This document shows positions 1 to 11,689 of a stretch of DNA of 64,000 bases, one piece after another. The notes under the pieces were generated by a model that had not been told where the DNA came from, did no database searches, and was given only the letters and a program-made list of their open reading frames with translations. Both the position numbers and the translations under genes were made by a program. Origin of the DNA: Marsupella aquatica (lineage: Eukaryota > Plantae > Marchantiophyta); the NCBI GenBank assembly GCA_973895155.1, contig OZ316891.1, forward strand, positions 4,745,708-4,809,707, given 5' to 3'. Within the stretch, counting starts at the first letter, position 1; the number at the start of each line of letters is the position of its first letter.

Positions 1-2368
1 GTCCTTGATTTGCCACCTATATGGAGAGAAAGACAACAACTGGAGAGAGAGTTGTGAAGAGATGGGGATGCATGGCCCTCATGGTTTTTGGCCATCTATG
101 GATCCCGATAATGCCCCCCTTACTATTCATCCTCCTTGGGTTTTGACACGAGGTGAGCGGACCGAGTTTCGCAAACGCATAGGGTCTATGCGATTTCCTA
201 CAGGGTATGGTGCCAATCTTCGCAAGGCATTTGGTGGACTTGACTCTCCAAAATGGCCAGCTTTCTTGAAGACCCATGATTATCATCGCTTATTGCAACA
301 TGTTATTCCAATTGCTATTATTGGATTGGGTAGTGAGGATCTTCGTGATGCCCTTTGGTCGTTGGGTAAGTTGTTGAGATGGGTGTGTCAAAAGGAGGTG
401 AACGAGGATGAGGTTGCAGCAATGGAGGTGTTTGGAGTGGAGGTTGTGTGCAAACTTGAAAGGGCCCTTCCTCCTTCATTTTTTGATGGTCAGGTTCATT
501 TTCTACTACATCTAGTGCGTGAGGTTGGTATTGCAGGCCATGTACATTGTCGTTGGATGTACTGGGTAGAGCGGTACATGGGAGTGATGAAGTCCTATGT
601 TTCAAATCGCGCAAGGGTGGAAGGTAGCATTGTAGAGCGTCATCTTGGAGCAGAGAGCATGTTTAATTGTACAAACATTATTGCTACACTTGATTCAAAT
701 GCTCCAAGGGGGTGGATAGATGAGGCATCAAGAGAAGCAGACTATGAGGATGACCGTTTGACAAGTGCAAAGGGAGAACGGCTTCTTGACCCTAGTGAGC
801 GCACTAAACTCACTGCATTCATGTTGTATAACTCTCCAGAGATTGTTGGGGAGTGGACCACATTTTATGAGGAGGATAAGCACAATAGTCGACGACCACG
901 CTTATTTCCCAAATTCCACATGTACATGAAGGGGAAGTTGTTAGAAGTGGATGCCTTGGTGGCTGCTGGGGAGAGTGTATCACACTTCCCAATGGTGACT
1001 GATAAGTTGCGCACCTTGGTTCATGGACCTCTACTTACAGTTACAACCAGGACTGCCATGTGGTCCAAGGGGAGACACTTTCGTGTGGAACGACTTGATG
1101 ACAAGAGGGCAGCTACACAAGATTGTGGTGTGATGGGTTGGTTCACCCAGGATTTTGTAAGTAGCAGATCTGACACAAATCCCATCCGTTCTACTATAGC
1201 TCACTATGGAAAGATAGAGGAGATCCTTGTTGTAAAATACCATGCGCATACAACATTGGAAGAGGTGGTGCTGAAGTGCAAATGCTTTCGGATGAATCTT
1301 GTTGGCCACAATCGAACATGTGAAGAGGATGCTTGCGGCTTCACACGACTGAAGATAGGGGCTGTCATCAGCTCAAATTGGAGGGCCTCAGATCCTTTTG
1401 CATTTCCGCATAATCTTGAGCAGGCATTCTATCTCCCTTATCCAGATGATCCTGAGTGGTCCATTGTAATGCCTTACATTCCACGATCCCGATCCATAGT
1501 CCAAGAACAGCCAAATGTAGTTGTTGTGGAAGATTTGGAAAATGAGAACAACTAGCTACTTAGGAATTTCATGGTAAAAGCTAGGTAGCTAGCACTAGCT
1601 AGACCTAATTAATGACCACTTCCCTCCATGTATTGATTTTTTCGGCATATATATGTTATCTACATTGTCATTACCATTTTTTTGTTGCATGTTACTTTAC
1701 TTATATATACCACTTAAATCTCTGGGCTCTAGCTGTGGCTATATATTTGTGCTTTTAATATATATGAAATGAAAGCTTCCAATTCATTTCAAGTTGACCC
1801 TAGTTGAGTTCCCACATACTTCAAATGGAAATGGAGTCAAAAACCTATCGGAAACACAACATGCCTTAATTAGAAGCTAGGAAGATGATAAAACCCTCAA
1901 AAAACCCCGGCTCTACAGAAAACTGATATTTCCGATATTAAAAGAAACGGAACTCATATGCCATACTACAGGTATCGGGAAACTTTTCCATCTTTACCAC
2001 ATCGGAAACGATGTCCGTTTGTAATGGGTTCGGACACAAGTCGGAACACATTTCCGATTCCACAAATATCGGAAACGTTTCGTCCCTCAGTTCATCGGAA
2101 CCAACATGCGATATTTTATTTATCGGATGCCTCTTGCATCGCGGCAGTCTCATTGTCCGATGCAGGTAGAATGGGAAATTCTCCGATAGTTTTTAAATGG
2201 GAAACTATTTCCGATTCTAATAGTATGGGACAGTATGTGTCCGATGTAGTCAGAATGTATGGTAAATCCCCAATGCGGGGACAATCGGAGAGTACCGATC
2301 TTCTCTGTATCGGAAAGTGTTGCCGACCGAAAGAAGAGCATCGGAAAAACCCAAAATATGTACCAGTG
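1..2368 (+). mobile_element. 3' portion of a CACTA-superfamily DNA transposon with subterminal repeats and a ...TACCAGTG terminus (CACTG-type)
   Basis: The transposase is followed by many TCGGA/TCCGA-core subterminal repeats in both orientations (about 1845-2350), which stop just before TACCAGTG at 2361-2368 (reverse complement CACTGGTA). Confidence 0.75.
5..1555 (+). CDS. CACTA/EnSpm-superfamily transposase (TnpD-like), C-terminal part; 5' end lies outside the window
   Basis: Open 516-aa frame with EnSpm transposase motifs LKTHDYHRLLQHVIP, LERALPPSFFDGQVHFLLHL, WMYWVERYMGVMKSYVSNRARVEGSI (DUF4218-like), and HYGKIEEI...DPFAFPHNLEQAFYLPYPDDPEWSIV (DUF4216-like). Confidence 0.93.
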   Translation: MICHLYGEKDNNWRESCEEMGMHGPHGFWPSMDPDNAPLTIHPPWVLTRGERTEFRKRIGSMRFPTGYGANLRKAFGGLDSPKWPAFLKTHDYHRLLQHVIPIAIIGLGSEDLRDALWSLGKLLRWVCQKEVNEDEVAAMEVFGVEVVCKLERALPPSFFDGQVHFLLHLVREVGIAGHVHCRWMYWVERYMGVMKSYVSNRARVEGSIVERHLGAESMFNCTNIIATLDSNAPRGWIDEASREADYEDDRLTSAKGERLLDPSERTKLTAFMLYNSPEIVGEWTTFYEEDKHNSRRPRLFPKFHMYMKGKLLEVDALVAAGESVSHFPMVTDKLRTLVHGPLLTVTTRTAMWSKGRHFRVERLDDKRAATQDCGVMGWFTQDFVSSRSDTNPIRSTIAHYGKIEEILVVKYHAHTTLEEVVLKCKCFRMNLVGHNRTCEEDACGFTRLKIGAVISSNWRASDPFAFPHNLEQAFYLPYPDDPEWSIVMPYIPRSRSIVQEQPNVVVVEDLENENN

Positions 2369-2965
2369 AATGGGATTCCAGGATGCACAAGGTGATATAA
2401 CATCATCATTGGCGGGCACTACATCTATTTACTTGACTACAAATTTTTAATTGACAACATCTTGGAAGACATCTTTGGGGAAACAACTTCTTGTTTAATC
2501 ACAACATCTTCACTGTTTAATCACAACATCTATCAGATAATGATATCTTAGGCAACACATACAATATCTTTCTCTTAATTAACAGCATCTCCTAAGTTAA
2601 TAGGGGTTCACTCACTGTATACATTAAATACACCATATTTTGACACTCTAACTTTAGTATACGGGGTGTATGGACTGAGTGATGCCAAAGTCCAACCCCA
2701 ACGGATATGGGATATTTTAAATACGTATGAGGTTCCTTGAAGACACATGTTGGACTCCAGAAAAGAGACGTGGCCTGCTCAAAGGGTCTCGCTCCATTTC
2801 CAAGCATGGCAATGTCGTCCCGCTTGGAAATCCTCCTCCCTATTGTGGACATTGCGCAGTTGACCCAAGCTTTCAATCATGGCCAACGCCTCCATTCTAG
2901 AAAGGTTCTATGTATGTGCATTATCTGCTTGCCCTTCATCAATAATTGAATTATGTACATGGAGG

Positions 2966-3076
2966 GCTCAATCAATGGGCGCTTGCAGCACAAATTGCTC
3001 CACCCAAAACTGATATTTTGTGGATGACTCAATCAATGGGTGCTTGCAGCACAAATTGCTCCACCAAAAATTGATA
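2966..3076. repeat. Tandem duplication of about 60 bp in the Harbinger 5' region
   Basis: CTCAATCAATGGG(C/T)GCTTGCAGCACAAATTGCTCCACC occurs twice about 60 bp apart. Confidence 0.8.
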
Positions 3077-3298
3077 GACAAAGTGTCCAATTTATGTCCA
3101 AGCAATCTGAAATGCTTATGGAAGGAAAATATCTTAATACATAGGTTGAATCTCTCACCGAAGGTTAAAAACTTTACAATGCTCTAATGATGAAATCCTG
3201 AAACAGATTGATACTCCCATTCCAATCATTCTCAATCCTCCGCCATTGCTTGAAGCCATGCTCTGTACAACAATTTACAATTGTGATCCATAGACAAG

Positions 3299-4597
3299 AT
3301 GGATTATGCTACATTCAACTAGTGGGTTGGAGATAGAGCAGATTCTGAAGATGAGATAGAGGAAGTGCTTGCTGATCACATTCCTCGATTGTTGGATGAA
3401 CAAGAGGGCCTGGAAGAAACACTGGAAGTTTTGAATCAAAAACATGGAGGCTCTAGGGACGGCTGTTCTCCAAATTTATTTTGTGACCATGTTGCAGGCC
3501 ATGCAAGGATTTGGGATGACTACTTCTAAGTTGTTGTAGCAACTTATCCATCTCATTTGTTTTGATGTAGATTTTGCATGAGGAAAGAAGTCTTCCTCAG
3601 AATTCACAAAGCAATTTTGGAGGAGGGTGATTTTTTGGTGCAAAGGCCAGATGCTGTTGGCAAGGCCAGAAATTAGCAGCCTTCAAAAGATGACAACTGC
3701 TCTACGGATCATGTGCTAGGGGAGTGTTGGGGATGCTATGGATGAGTAAGTTCAAATTGGGGAATCAATTGCAATTAGATCATTCAAGCATTTTGTTGAA
3801 GCACTTGTCAATTGCTTTGGAGCTAGAAGAGGCTGATGTTCAAAAGCACAGGGAAATCAACCGGGCCAGAGGGTTTGTCAAAATGTTTGGCAGTCTTGAT
3901 TGTACTCACCGTCCGACCTGGAAAAATTGTCCCGTAGGAGAGCAAGGCCAATTTTGAGACAAGGATGGATTGAACTCCATAGTTCTTGAAGCGATTGTCA
4001 CGTCTGACTTGTGGATTTGGCATGCTTTTGCTGGTATCCCAGGTTCCAACAATGACATCAATGTAATTGATTGTTTGCCTCTCATTGACAACCTGCTGAA
4101 TGGAGTGGCACCAGATGTGGCCTTTGATGTGAATGGTCATGTTTACAAAATGTTCTACCTTTTGATGGATGGAATATACCCAGACTACACCATCTTCATG
4201 AAGACGATCAGTGAGCCTCAAGGTGCCAAGTGGAAGTGGTTTGCTCAAAGGCAGGAATCAGTTTGGAAAGATGTTGAGCGTTGCTTTGGGGTGTTGCAGG
4301 CTTGTTTTGCCATGATACGTAATCCCTCTTGATGGTGGAGCAGAGACAAAATGTTGCAGTGATATTACATAATATGAGGACAAGCATGGAGATCCTGATT
4401 TGACACATGATTACCTTTTTGATAGGCTTGAGGTGCAGTGGCAGCATAGGCCACGGGCTCCTCTTAACTTTGTTGGGCTGACCCATGGTATGAGACAAAT
4501 CAGCAATGCTGCCATTGCTCAACAACTGAAAGCGAGACTGAAAGCAAACTTAATTGAACACTTGACTGTGGCAAATTTGTGGAGATTTAGAGGATGA
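3299..4597 (+). pseudogene. Harbinger DDE transposase, disrupted by stops and frameshifts
   Basis: Fragments GFVKMFGSLDCTH..WKNCP, SIVLEAIVTSDLWIWHAFAGIPGSNNDINV, YLLMDGIYP and QESVWKDVERCFGVLQ carry the D-D-E motifs but lie in different frames with internal stops. Confidence 0.88.
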
Positions 4598-5716
4598 GTA
4601 CGTGATCTATTGTAGGCTTGCCTGTGAGAGCTAGGCTAGCAATCGGGCTAGCAGTGTAATTCTGAATCTGAAATTCATTGTCTCTCTCTATATAAAGACC
4701 TTGCTTTTGGGATACCTTTCTATCCTAAACTTGCGACTGTTCCTAGTCTGGGAGACCTCATGTGTTGGGTCTATGCTACCTTATTCTTTTCTCACATTGC
4801 CCTTGATTTGTTACCATGAAAGTACGTAGCATTGGTGAGAGTGCAAAACTTTGAGCGTCGGTGAGAGTGCACAACTTTGAGCATAAAAGGTGTGGGAGCC
4901 ACTGACAGGTCAGTTCCAGCAATTCGTCCCTTGTAGGTGCAAGTATATATATAGCCCCACAAGTCTTTGGAAATTTTGCTTTATTGGAGAGTAGAACACT
5001 ACATAAAACATTACAAACTGATTATGTGCAGGTGCTTCTGTGGCAACCTGCATGTCTGCGCAATGCTCAATGCCCATCATCTTATTCTCATGGGGTGCTT
5101 TTCTCATGTATTATAGTAGTCTCTTGTATTGCACTCTCCGGGCCCGTCTCCGGGGCACTCTCATGGTCTAAAATTTTAGAAGGGTCGACATCAATACTAT
5201 AAGTTGGCTATCAGGTTAAAAAGCTCAATTCACAAAAATCTGGTTCACTTCTCTAAAGAAGTATAAATTCAAAGAGACTGACACAACCAAAAGCAATCGA
5301 GACACATGTATGTTGCACAATGTATGAACAACTTGTAGTCATGAATTCCAATATTAAAGAAGTTGCGTACAACACAATTTACATACCGTGTACAACACCA
5401 CACAATACATTGCATGGCTACAATTTGTAGAATAAATTGCTTCGGCTACACAATTGCTCTACAAGCTATAACCTGGCATATCTGAGTAATTACTTGCCTA
5501 TAGTTGTGTTTATTACATGAATTGATAGAGAGACTGCACATCCTGGTAGTGAAAGGTGAGATTGCTGAATTTTACCGAAGAAACCCCAATATTTTCACAT
5601 TCCCAGTCTGGCATATCTGATAGGTTGATGGGGTTGGAGTGACCAGATTGATGCAATGCTAACTCTTCTAACTCCTCATTTGATTCCTCATGCCAAGATT
5701 CATTGTCAAGTGAATG

Positions 5717-6647
5717 CTAGGCCTCTGGATCCTGGTTCTCTTGATCAGCCACACTCTTAGGTAAATCCGGTGGTAATTCAACCACCTCCTTCCTGAAAGG
5801 TTCGACTTCCTTGAGTTGCTTTCGTAATTCTGCCTTTGCTGCCTCCCGTTTGAGCATCACAAAGTTTCTGGCTTGATCGTCCAGTGAGCCCAGGTTAACT
5901 TGGAATAGTTGGATCTCAAAAACTGACTCCATAGCCTTTGCCCTTCGATTGAGGGCAGCTGCAATCAGTGATGTAGACTCTGCCAATGCAGTCTTGGTCT
6001 TGGTTGCCTTCTGCTCAATAGCTACCAACTCTTTTGCTTTTTTATCCCCAAAGGCCTATTGGTGATCATCTTTGGAGTTCTGCATGGATTCCAGAATCCT
6101 TGTCTGGGCTTTCAACATCAGCTGGAGTATTGGCAGCTTGCTTCACGTTCTTTCTCTTCGATATTCTCTCCAAATGCTTCTCCTGCATTCTTGATGTGAT
6201 CTGCCACTTTGGAGAGTCCTTCAAAATTTTCCAAGCACCTTCTTACTAAAATTCCAAGCTCTTCTTGTGTGTCTGCTGGTAGAGAGCTCTAGCCTTCTCC
6301 ATTTGCTCATCTTCATTGGTTCTAGACTCATTCAATTCAACAATCATGGACATTGCTCTAGAAAACTTGGCACAGTCACGATTAAGCTCACCCCACTTTG
6401 AACTCAACCATTTGATGGACCTGGGGACATTCTTCACCACACCTGGATATTTCCGCCTGAATTCTGCCATGGATTTCTGAAAATGCTGCTCAATCTTTGT
6501 CCAACAGACATCAGATTTCTGCTGTGCTCCATTGATGGAATTGCCGCTGCATGCTAGCCACGACCTTGCAATCTGTTTGATTTCGATATTGGAGAAATTT
6601 ACCTGCTTCTTGCCCTTCTTCGCAGCTGCATTGTCGACTGGAGCCAT
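5717..6647 (-). pseudogene. Harbinger ORF1, Myb/SANT-like DNA-binding protein (NAM-associated-like C-terminus), frameshifted
   Basis: NFSNIEIKQIARSWLACSGNSINGAQQKSDVCWTKI...RSIKWLSSKWGELNRDCAKF is typical of PIF/Harbinger ORF1. It continues in other frames to the 5717-6028 ORF and lies inside the TIRs. Confidence 0.8.
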
Positions 6648-8458
6648 GGTGGAAAATCAAAAAATCACAGCAAGATGCAACTGAAGAAACGGCCAGCAAT
6701 TTCAGGAAAATTGATGATAGTGCACAGCTTCAGAGGAGCATCGACTCAGAGTGGCAAGTCTCGACTACTGCACACCTTTTCTATTCAGAAGCTTTCACTT
6801 GAACATTAGCAGGAAATTTCTTTGCATGGCCTCCTTCCCGCACAGAAGACCAACTTTCCTCCACCGCACAATCCATATCTGCTGCAATCCAGTCAAGAAC
6901 CCCATGGATAGAGCAAAGCAGCATTAGGCCTCCACAATCCAGTTCCCGCAAAAAAAACCCCATGAACCAAAAATATGGTCCAGTTCCCGTTCTTCCTTAG
7001 AGTATGTTTTTTTAATATTTCTTAACTGGTTGTGAGAAAGCATGTTCCCGAAAGGCAACCATGCTGCGTAGGAGATGCTCTAATGACATCATGGGAGCTA
7101 CCACATTTTTTTCTTCATTACATCTTTTGTGCAACTCATCATGAGTATTGAGCTGGTATATATATTATTTACGGACCCCACTAGAGGTCCCTTCCAAAAT
7201 TCCTGGCACCACAGCGTGCCACGTCAACAACAACCGCAACAAACAAGACTCGTCAGTTTTGTGAATCAAACTTATAATTTCCATTCGTGTTTGTGTCAAT
7301 TTGGGTGTAAATTTTGGGACGCCGTGCCGTAAAAAGAAAAGTAAAAACATTGGAAATGCAAAGAGCAAGACAGTTAAAACTATCACTATGTAACCGTTTT
7401 AGTTACATTTCCAATTTTAAAACTTAAATTCAAAAATTTATAAAAAGTATTTTTCATATAATAAATAATGACTAATAACTAACTTGATAACTTCCTTGTT
7501 AAACCGCAACTCCCGGTATGTAAGGACCTCTCGTATTGTACAGCCATTAATGGTGAGAAGAGCACATAGAAACCCAGGATCGAGGAGGAGGAATGGCTGG
7601 AATCTTGAAAGTTCATCAAATTTTATACTCAAAACTATTTACTCATTCTCAAAACAAAAAATACCCAGTCGTAGATCTCATTGAGATCTTTCTTTTACAC
7701 CTAGATCGCCTTCTAACATGGATGAATAAGATTTCTAGAGGTGTTACAAAATGGACGGCAAAGATCGTAAAATCAACAAAATCGACGGTTAGGAAGACTT
7801 GGATTTGTTTAATTTTTCATTTGAAAAATATTAACCCATTTGCAAAACGGGCAGAACCCATCCATAGATCTATTTGAGATCTTTCTTTTGAGCCATAGAT
7901 TGGCCATTATGATGAACGGACGAGATTTCCGGAGATAAGAAATGGAGACTGCTCAGGTCGACTCTTCCCCCTGATTCTATTAGCCAAGGGGTCCACGAAC
8001 TAATTCTTGTCCATGCACATAAATTTTGGTGTGACCTAGAGTCATTGTCTAGAGGTTCTCTTTATTTAAAAAACACCCCAATTCTAGTTTCTCTTCCGCT
8101 CCATAAATAAGTCTCTACTTTGTGAGAGTATCGTGTGGCTTGCAATATGGATACGGTGCGTTTCCAGCCAGACAACCTATTTATAACCAGACATCTTCCC
8201 TGGGAAATAGGACGAATTTCCAAAAGCTATGACCGCTTTAATCGCAAAATTCATGGAACTCTTGTGGACTCGAGGATTGCAACACCACCTATTACTGGTT
8301 TCGAATGTCGTGTGCTTAGCTGACCGTGCTGAAGATGTATTGACAATCCAATTCTCTGACGCTCCGTTTCACAGTGTCTCAAGTGCTTGCTCTTTCGAAG
8401 AGCCCCGAAGTTGTCAGTCGATCGAGGCCAAATTTACCGCAATTGTATCGAGGGTTCA

Positions 8459-9827
8459 ATGCGTCCTCAGACTACCGAGCTCCCTCCAATTTCGCCCTCT
8501 GAGAAATGGAACCTCGGATCTCTCGATTCTGGGCCTGATGGCGAAGAAGAGAAGGCGAGGCATGCTTCAGAGCTCTCGTCGCAACCAGCCTGGATTCCAA
8601 CTTTGCCCGAGAAGGATGAGACCCTGGTCACGTTCCCGGAAGGCGGCTTGCGCGCATGGCTTGTGGTATTTGGATCCTGGTGCGGAATCTTAGCTTCTTT
8701 GGGGACATTGAACAGCTCCGGGTCCTTTCAGTCGTACTTCATGGCGCACCAGCTTTCGAAGTACAGCCCCTCCGTCGTAGGCTGGATTTTCAGCGTTTAT
8801 CCGTTCTTGGCTTTCGGAGGCAGTTTTTTAGTCGGTCCAATTTTTGATAAATACGGTCCTAGGTGGCTGGTCCTCGTGGGGAGCATTGGCGTTTGCTTGT
8901 CCATGTTCCTGGTAGGAATCTGCAAGCAGTACTGGCAGTTCTTGCTCGTCGTTGGATTCTTGCAAGGGTTGAGCGCGTGTCTGCTACTCAACCCCTCGAT
9001 TGCGGTTGTCGGGCACTACTTCTGCAAGAAGCGCCACCGGCATTGTGTTGTCTAGTGGCGCCGTGGGAGGCGTTGCCTTTCCTTTGCTGCTCGGGGCTTT
9101 GATCCCCAGAGTGGGCTTCGCGTGGAGCACGAGGATTATCGGCTTCATCTACGTCGTGGCATGTGTGTTTGCATGCTCTCTCATACGCTCGCGTCTTCCA
9201 CCGGGAAAGAACGCACATGCAACACCGGATGTTCGCATCTTCAAGGACCCGGCTTTCACTATCACGGTCCTGGCGATTTCTCTTTTTCAGTGGGCGTTCC
9301 TTGTTCCAATAGCCTACATCAGCTCCTACGCGCTCCACTATGGCTACTCCACCGCTTTCTCGTACCATGCTCTTGTGTTCCTCAACGTGGGCTCCGTCTT
9401 TGGGCGCTGGCTTCCGGGATTCACAAGTGATAGAATTGGCCGTTACAATAGTGCGATTCTCATGACAAGCCTCAACATCACCACAGTCCTGGGGGTTTGG
9501 CTACCTGCGGGACACACGAAAGCAGGACTCGTAGTCGTTGCATTCAGTTTTGGCTTCACTAGCGGAAGCCTTCTCACTCTGACTGCGGGTTGCATTGGCC
9601 AGCTGTGCCAGACTAAAAACTACGGAGCATATCTTGCCACTGCATATACAGTTGCCTCAATCGGATATCTGACTGGCGTTCCGGTTGGTGGGGGGCTTGT
9701 GGCCATGGACCACGGAGGTTATCAATCTTTGATCATCTTCGTAGGGCTTTGCTATGTTGGTGCAACGGCAGCTGTTGTGGTGGTGAGGATTTTGGGGACG
9801 GGGTGGAAATTGAGGGTGATTTACTGA
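8459..9827 (+). pseudogene. Intronless fungal-type MFS monocarboxylate/riboflavin transporter (Mch4/Mch5-like) with one frameshift near 9030
   Basis: ORF 8387-9055 (probable start ATG 8459; FPEGGLRAWLVVFGSW, GPIFDKYGPRWL, YWQFLL..GFLQG) joins ORF 9000-9827 (ATGIVLSSGAVGG, GFAWSTRIIGF, GRWLPGFTSDRIGRYN, GVPVGGGL) into one 12-TM-type MFS of about 455 aa. Confidence 0.88.
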
Positions 9828-10699
9828 CGAATGAAGGAATGTGCTCATCGCCTGAGATATTTGACCTTCCAATTCAAGGTACCGGCCAAACTGGTTTTCA
9901 TTCTTCTGTCGTCTTGTATGCCCAATGAAACAAGAATGATAGACAGTCTGACGGGTACGGGTACTTTTGCAAGCAAGCTACTGTAGCAAAGACGACCTCG
10001 TCTGGTAACGCATTCGGGCTCTCGCTGCTCGATCTGCTCTGCAGGCACTCCGGGACCTCAAACCGATTGCCAAGCCATAAAAACAATGTACCTTGACCTT
10101 AGGACCTTAAGTTAGTTGTTCTAAGTTACCTTCCCGAAGTTAGATCGTCCTCTGGCTTGCGCTCACCAGGCTGATGGTGTCTGCGATTATTGGTGCCTGC
10201 GATGAGTCGTAGCGGAGAGGTGATAGCTGATGACAAGTAGCGGATAGCTTAAAAATAATCGCAGGCACCAATCGAGGGGTTGAATAGCCTGCGATAACTT
10301 GTCATCAGTTAACACCTCTCAAAGCATGACGCGCGTTTCAAAACCATAAACTTAGGATATGAGCAGCATTCATTCTACCTACGTGGTTTTGCTCCTTGAT
10401 CTCTGTAACAACTCAGAATGTATGGACATTCTGATGGTAGATACACATTAGCGGGTACTCACTGGTACGAGTTTGAAATATTACAGTTGGCACTGGCAAG
10501 TCTGCCCAAACTCGATATATTCACTGAAATAGCAGCAATTTGAGGCTCCTTTCCAGGAGATGTAGGTCCTCCCTGTTTCAAACGAGATTCTCCATCAATT
10601 GGCTGACCTCGAATAGTTTTCCAAAAATAAATCATTCAACTTACGTAGATGCATGTTGGATACAAGAGTCCCAAGGAAATTCGAAATGATTATATTAAT

Positions 10700-11620
10700 C
10701 AGAAGACAGAGCAATTGTCAAACACTGTCAGGAAACATAGGCGCAACAGAATTCGTGATAAGCTATTCCAAGATATCAACCTCTCCACATTTTCATCAAA
10801 GAGGAGAATATAATTAGATGACTGGAACCGAGGTGCAGGACTTTCATGGAGAGGTTTTTGGCAGAAAATCTGCATTTCACACCAATTGATAGACTTCAAG
10901 CGTTTAAGAACAGAACAATCTCAAATTGGAAAGAACAGAGGACAGCCACAGGTAGAACTAAACAATAGTAGACACCAGAATCTATCATGTTACTCTTGCT
11001 GATGCCTCTGGTACAATCCTGCCCTTGAATTTTCCCTGCACAGAATCGCATGAGAAACAGTAAACTTCACAAACCTTTTTCGAAACTGCATTATTGGAAA
11101 CAGTTCAGGCATGCGTAGATCTTTGGCAGCTCAGTACTCTGACCCGTCTGATGAGGTTTCAAATATTAGAAAACGTTGTAAAGGCTTATAATTAATCACA
11201 GCAACCAAACTTTTGTCCATATTGAGGTTGCAGTGATTCTCGAGACGCACTTAACAAAATCACTGGCTACTTAGCAATGATGCAAGGTGACACTAAAGTT
11301 TTCCAGCCTTTGGTTTGGTACAATGTACAAAAGCCTCCCTTTGCCTTGCAGCTTCAGTATTGGGAGGCTTCACAGGTCCAAACAAGCACCGTGTTTCCCT
11401 TTTGGTGCCTTTGTAGCTAACTCAGTCCCAAAATGCGGAGAGGCATAGAAAAACAAACCCTTTAAGTTAAATAAGAAAATTTTTGTACGTTTGCTAAGCA
11501 GGTCACGAGTAATGGCCACTTTTCCTGTAGCTGAAACACAGTTTTTCATCACAAGCCCTCCAATACAGTGTCTTATGAACACTACGGGGCACGTATTTTG
11601 CCCCAACTCCTGCTTGTATG
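10700..11620 (-). pseudogene. Degenerate alpha/beta-hydrolase (SERAC1/PGAP1-like) domain of the type found at the N-terminus of bryophyte hydrolase-NLR-like proteins
   Basis: GQNTCPVVFIRHCIGGLVMK (decayed GHSLGG elbow) and FNLKGLFFYASPHFGTEL; then NTEAARQREAF and KGWKTL fragments; after a CAG acceptor near 11040, GKFKGRIVPEASAR. Confidence 0.65.
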
Positions 11621-11689
11621 TGCATGTTGGGTTTGTGTATGGGTTAGCCCTCAATAGAAGTCCGGTGAATCTACAGCAAAAGGACCAGT

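Larger units (their letters stand above)
2583..7080. mobile_element. Full-length degenerate PIF/Harbinger DNA transposon
   Basis: TIRs CAGCATCTCCTA (2583-2594) and TAGGAGATGCTC (7069-7080) match 11/12 and are flanked by TAA on both sides (2580-2582, 7081-7083). The element contains convergent transposase and Myb/SANT-like ORFs. Confidence 0.9.

Noticed and set aside
1958-2419. Overlapping 90-145 aa ORFs
   Set aside because: By-products of the CACTA subterminal repeats.
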